A stretch of DNA of 63,686 bases, the filler included, from Cirrosporium novae-zelandiae (lineage: Eukaryota), in the NCBI GenBank assembly GCA_026023565.1. It is 14 parts of 14 records of this genome, joined end to end, with 100 filler letters (N's around TTAATTAATTAA, not from the genome) between each part and the next. Parts side by side here need not be neighbours in the genome. Positions count along the whole stretch, not along the records: positions 31,925 to 63,686 come from JAPETS010000084.1; 13 more parts are not named here. One strand, given 5' to 3'. The number at the start of each line of letters is the position of its first letter. Positions within the stretch are counted from its first letter, which is position 1. Shown piece by piece: positions 62,432-63,686 of this stretch. Position numbers and translations under genes: made by a program. A model generated the notes under the pieces. It was not told the origin of the DNA and did no database searches. It was given only the letters and a program-made list of their open reading frames with translations.

Positions 62432-63686
62432 TCTATATGGAGTCACTAGACCATTGACATGACTGCACGTACTTTGTACAAATTAACGGGTTAACGGGTA
62501 TGATTTCATGATGATAGATATAAGGCATACATGAGGACAGCTTGTCCAAATGAATAGCTCGTGTCGGTAGATAACTTTTGGCTGGAAATGGCGGCTACAG
62601 GTGGTGCCACTTTTTTTCATTTTTTTTTTCTCAATTAGATGCATGGGCTGGAATCCATCATTATTAAGAAAAATGACCGACTCCCTACTCGTTCGAGCAC
62701 GGTGCAAAGGAAAATGAGTGGCAATATTCCCGCAATGAAGCTAATGCAGATATATCTTGTAATCTAAGGGGCAAACATCTCATTGTCGGGAGTTAGATGT
62801 ATTAATAGTGGATTAGAGTAATTGGATAAGAGTCGGAGTTTGGGGTTCTGGAGAGGACTGGGAATCCAAGGTAGCTTTTGGTAACTCTTCCACTATGGTG
62901 TTTGGTCGAATAGGGAGGGATCCAGGTCACCCATGTTGTGGTCGTAGATGGTTCGAGGTAACGTCTTTTAATCAAATTGTTCGGGAGGCATTTAAACGAT
63001 GCATAGCCGTGGTGAGGTTTACAGTATGTTTAGGATGTTTAGGTGATATTAGGAGGTTTAGGTGGTTAGCTTATGCATGAACAACACACCTGCTTGCCGG
63101 GGTGGTCCCACGCAGCACCACCACGACCACCAAGAACTTACCATTGTCCAGCGAAGCTCAGGGCTATACAGAACTATTCAGAACTATTCAGAACTAACTA
63201 TCCTCCATATCGTGTACTCCAGACTTTCTAAAACCATCTGGAAGTCTGGGAAAATGAGGAACTGGCAGAAGTGCCGACGTTAAAAACTTGTTCGGATTCT
63301 AAGCTTCTGCTTTTTTTACTTCTACATAGTACCAAACAACGTGGCCCCTTGGAATGATCTGCGACCGCAATAGTGACCGCAGCGACTTGTAATATAGATG
63401 AGCGAATCGTCTTGTTGGAAAGGCTGTGTAACAGTAAATTTATTTGTTGTCCCTCTCCTAGTAAGAGTCATCAAAGAGTCATCATTTCACGACACCTGAT
63501 GCTCACACCTTCCTTTGACTATAATTTCTCCGATGAATTGGTTGGATATGGGGATTAGTTGTCTATCTGGTTCTAATTAATCTGATTAAGCACAGAAGAT
63601 GGGTAGCCAGTGGAAACCGGGAAAGACGGGGGTTCGGGGGGGGGGGGACATAAGAGAGAGAGGGGGGGAAAGAGGGGGAGGGGGGG

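Overview
Filamentous ascomycete (Pezizomycotina) draft assembly. Positions 1-31824 are 13 small unplaced contigs in descending size order, joined by artificial ~100-bp N-TTAATTAATTAA-N linkers, so their adjacency is not biological. They contain: an intact Ty3/Gypsy gag-pol split over two contigs, with a -1 frameshift signal and pseudoknot; two copies (one RIP-mutated) of a DUF3435-type tyrosine recombinase resembling a Starship captain; a multicopy FunK1 kinase module flanked by ~17-bp periodic arrays; a RIP-killed Azf1-like C2H2 gene; a mitochondrial tRNA cluster with a truncated nad2; and an AT-rich relic. The standout is contig 15556-18023. Five short minus-strand ORFs there join into one 560-aa reverse transcriptase when TGA is read as Trp (13 in-frame TGA, no TAA/TAG). 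This points to a mitochondrial retroplasmid of the Mauriceville/pFOXC type, with a ~700-nt hairpin-rich leader and a terminal stem-loop. Positions 31924-63686 are an ordinary nuclear contig: a ~9-kb microsatellite-rich intergenic stretch, then PP2A B55 (CDC55), a secreted amidase, a SnaD-like coiled-coil protein, AMACR, a hypothetical membrane protein, SLA1 and CFD1. All calls come from manual reading; no searches were run.
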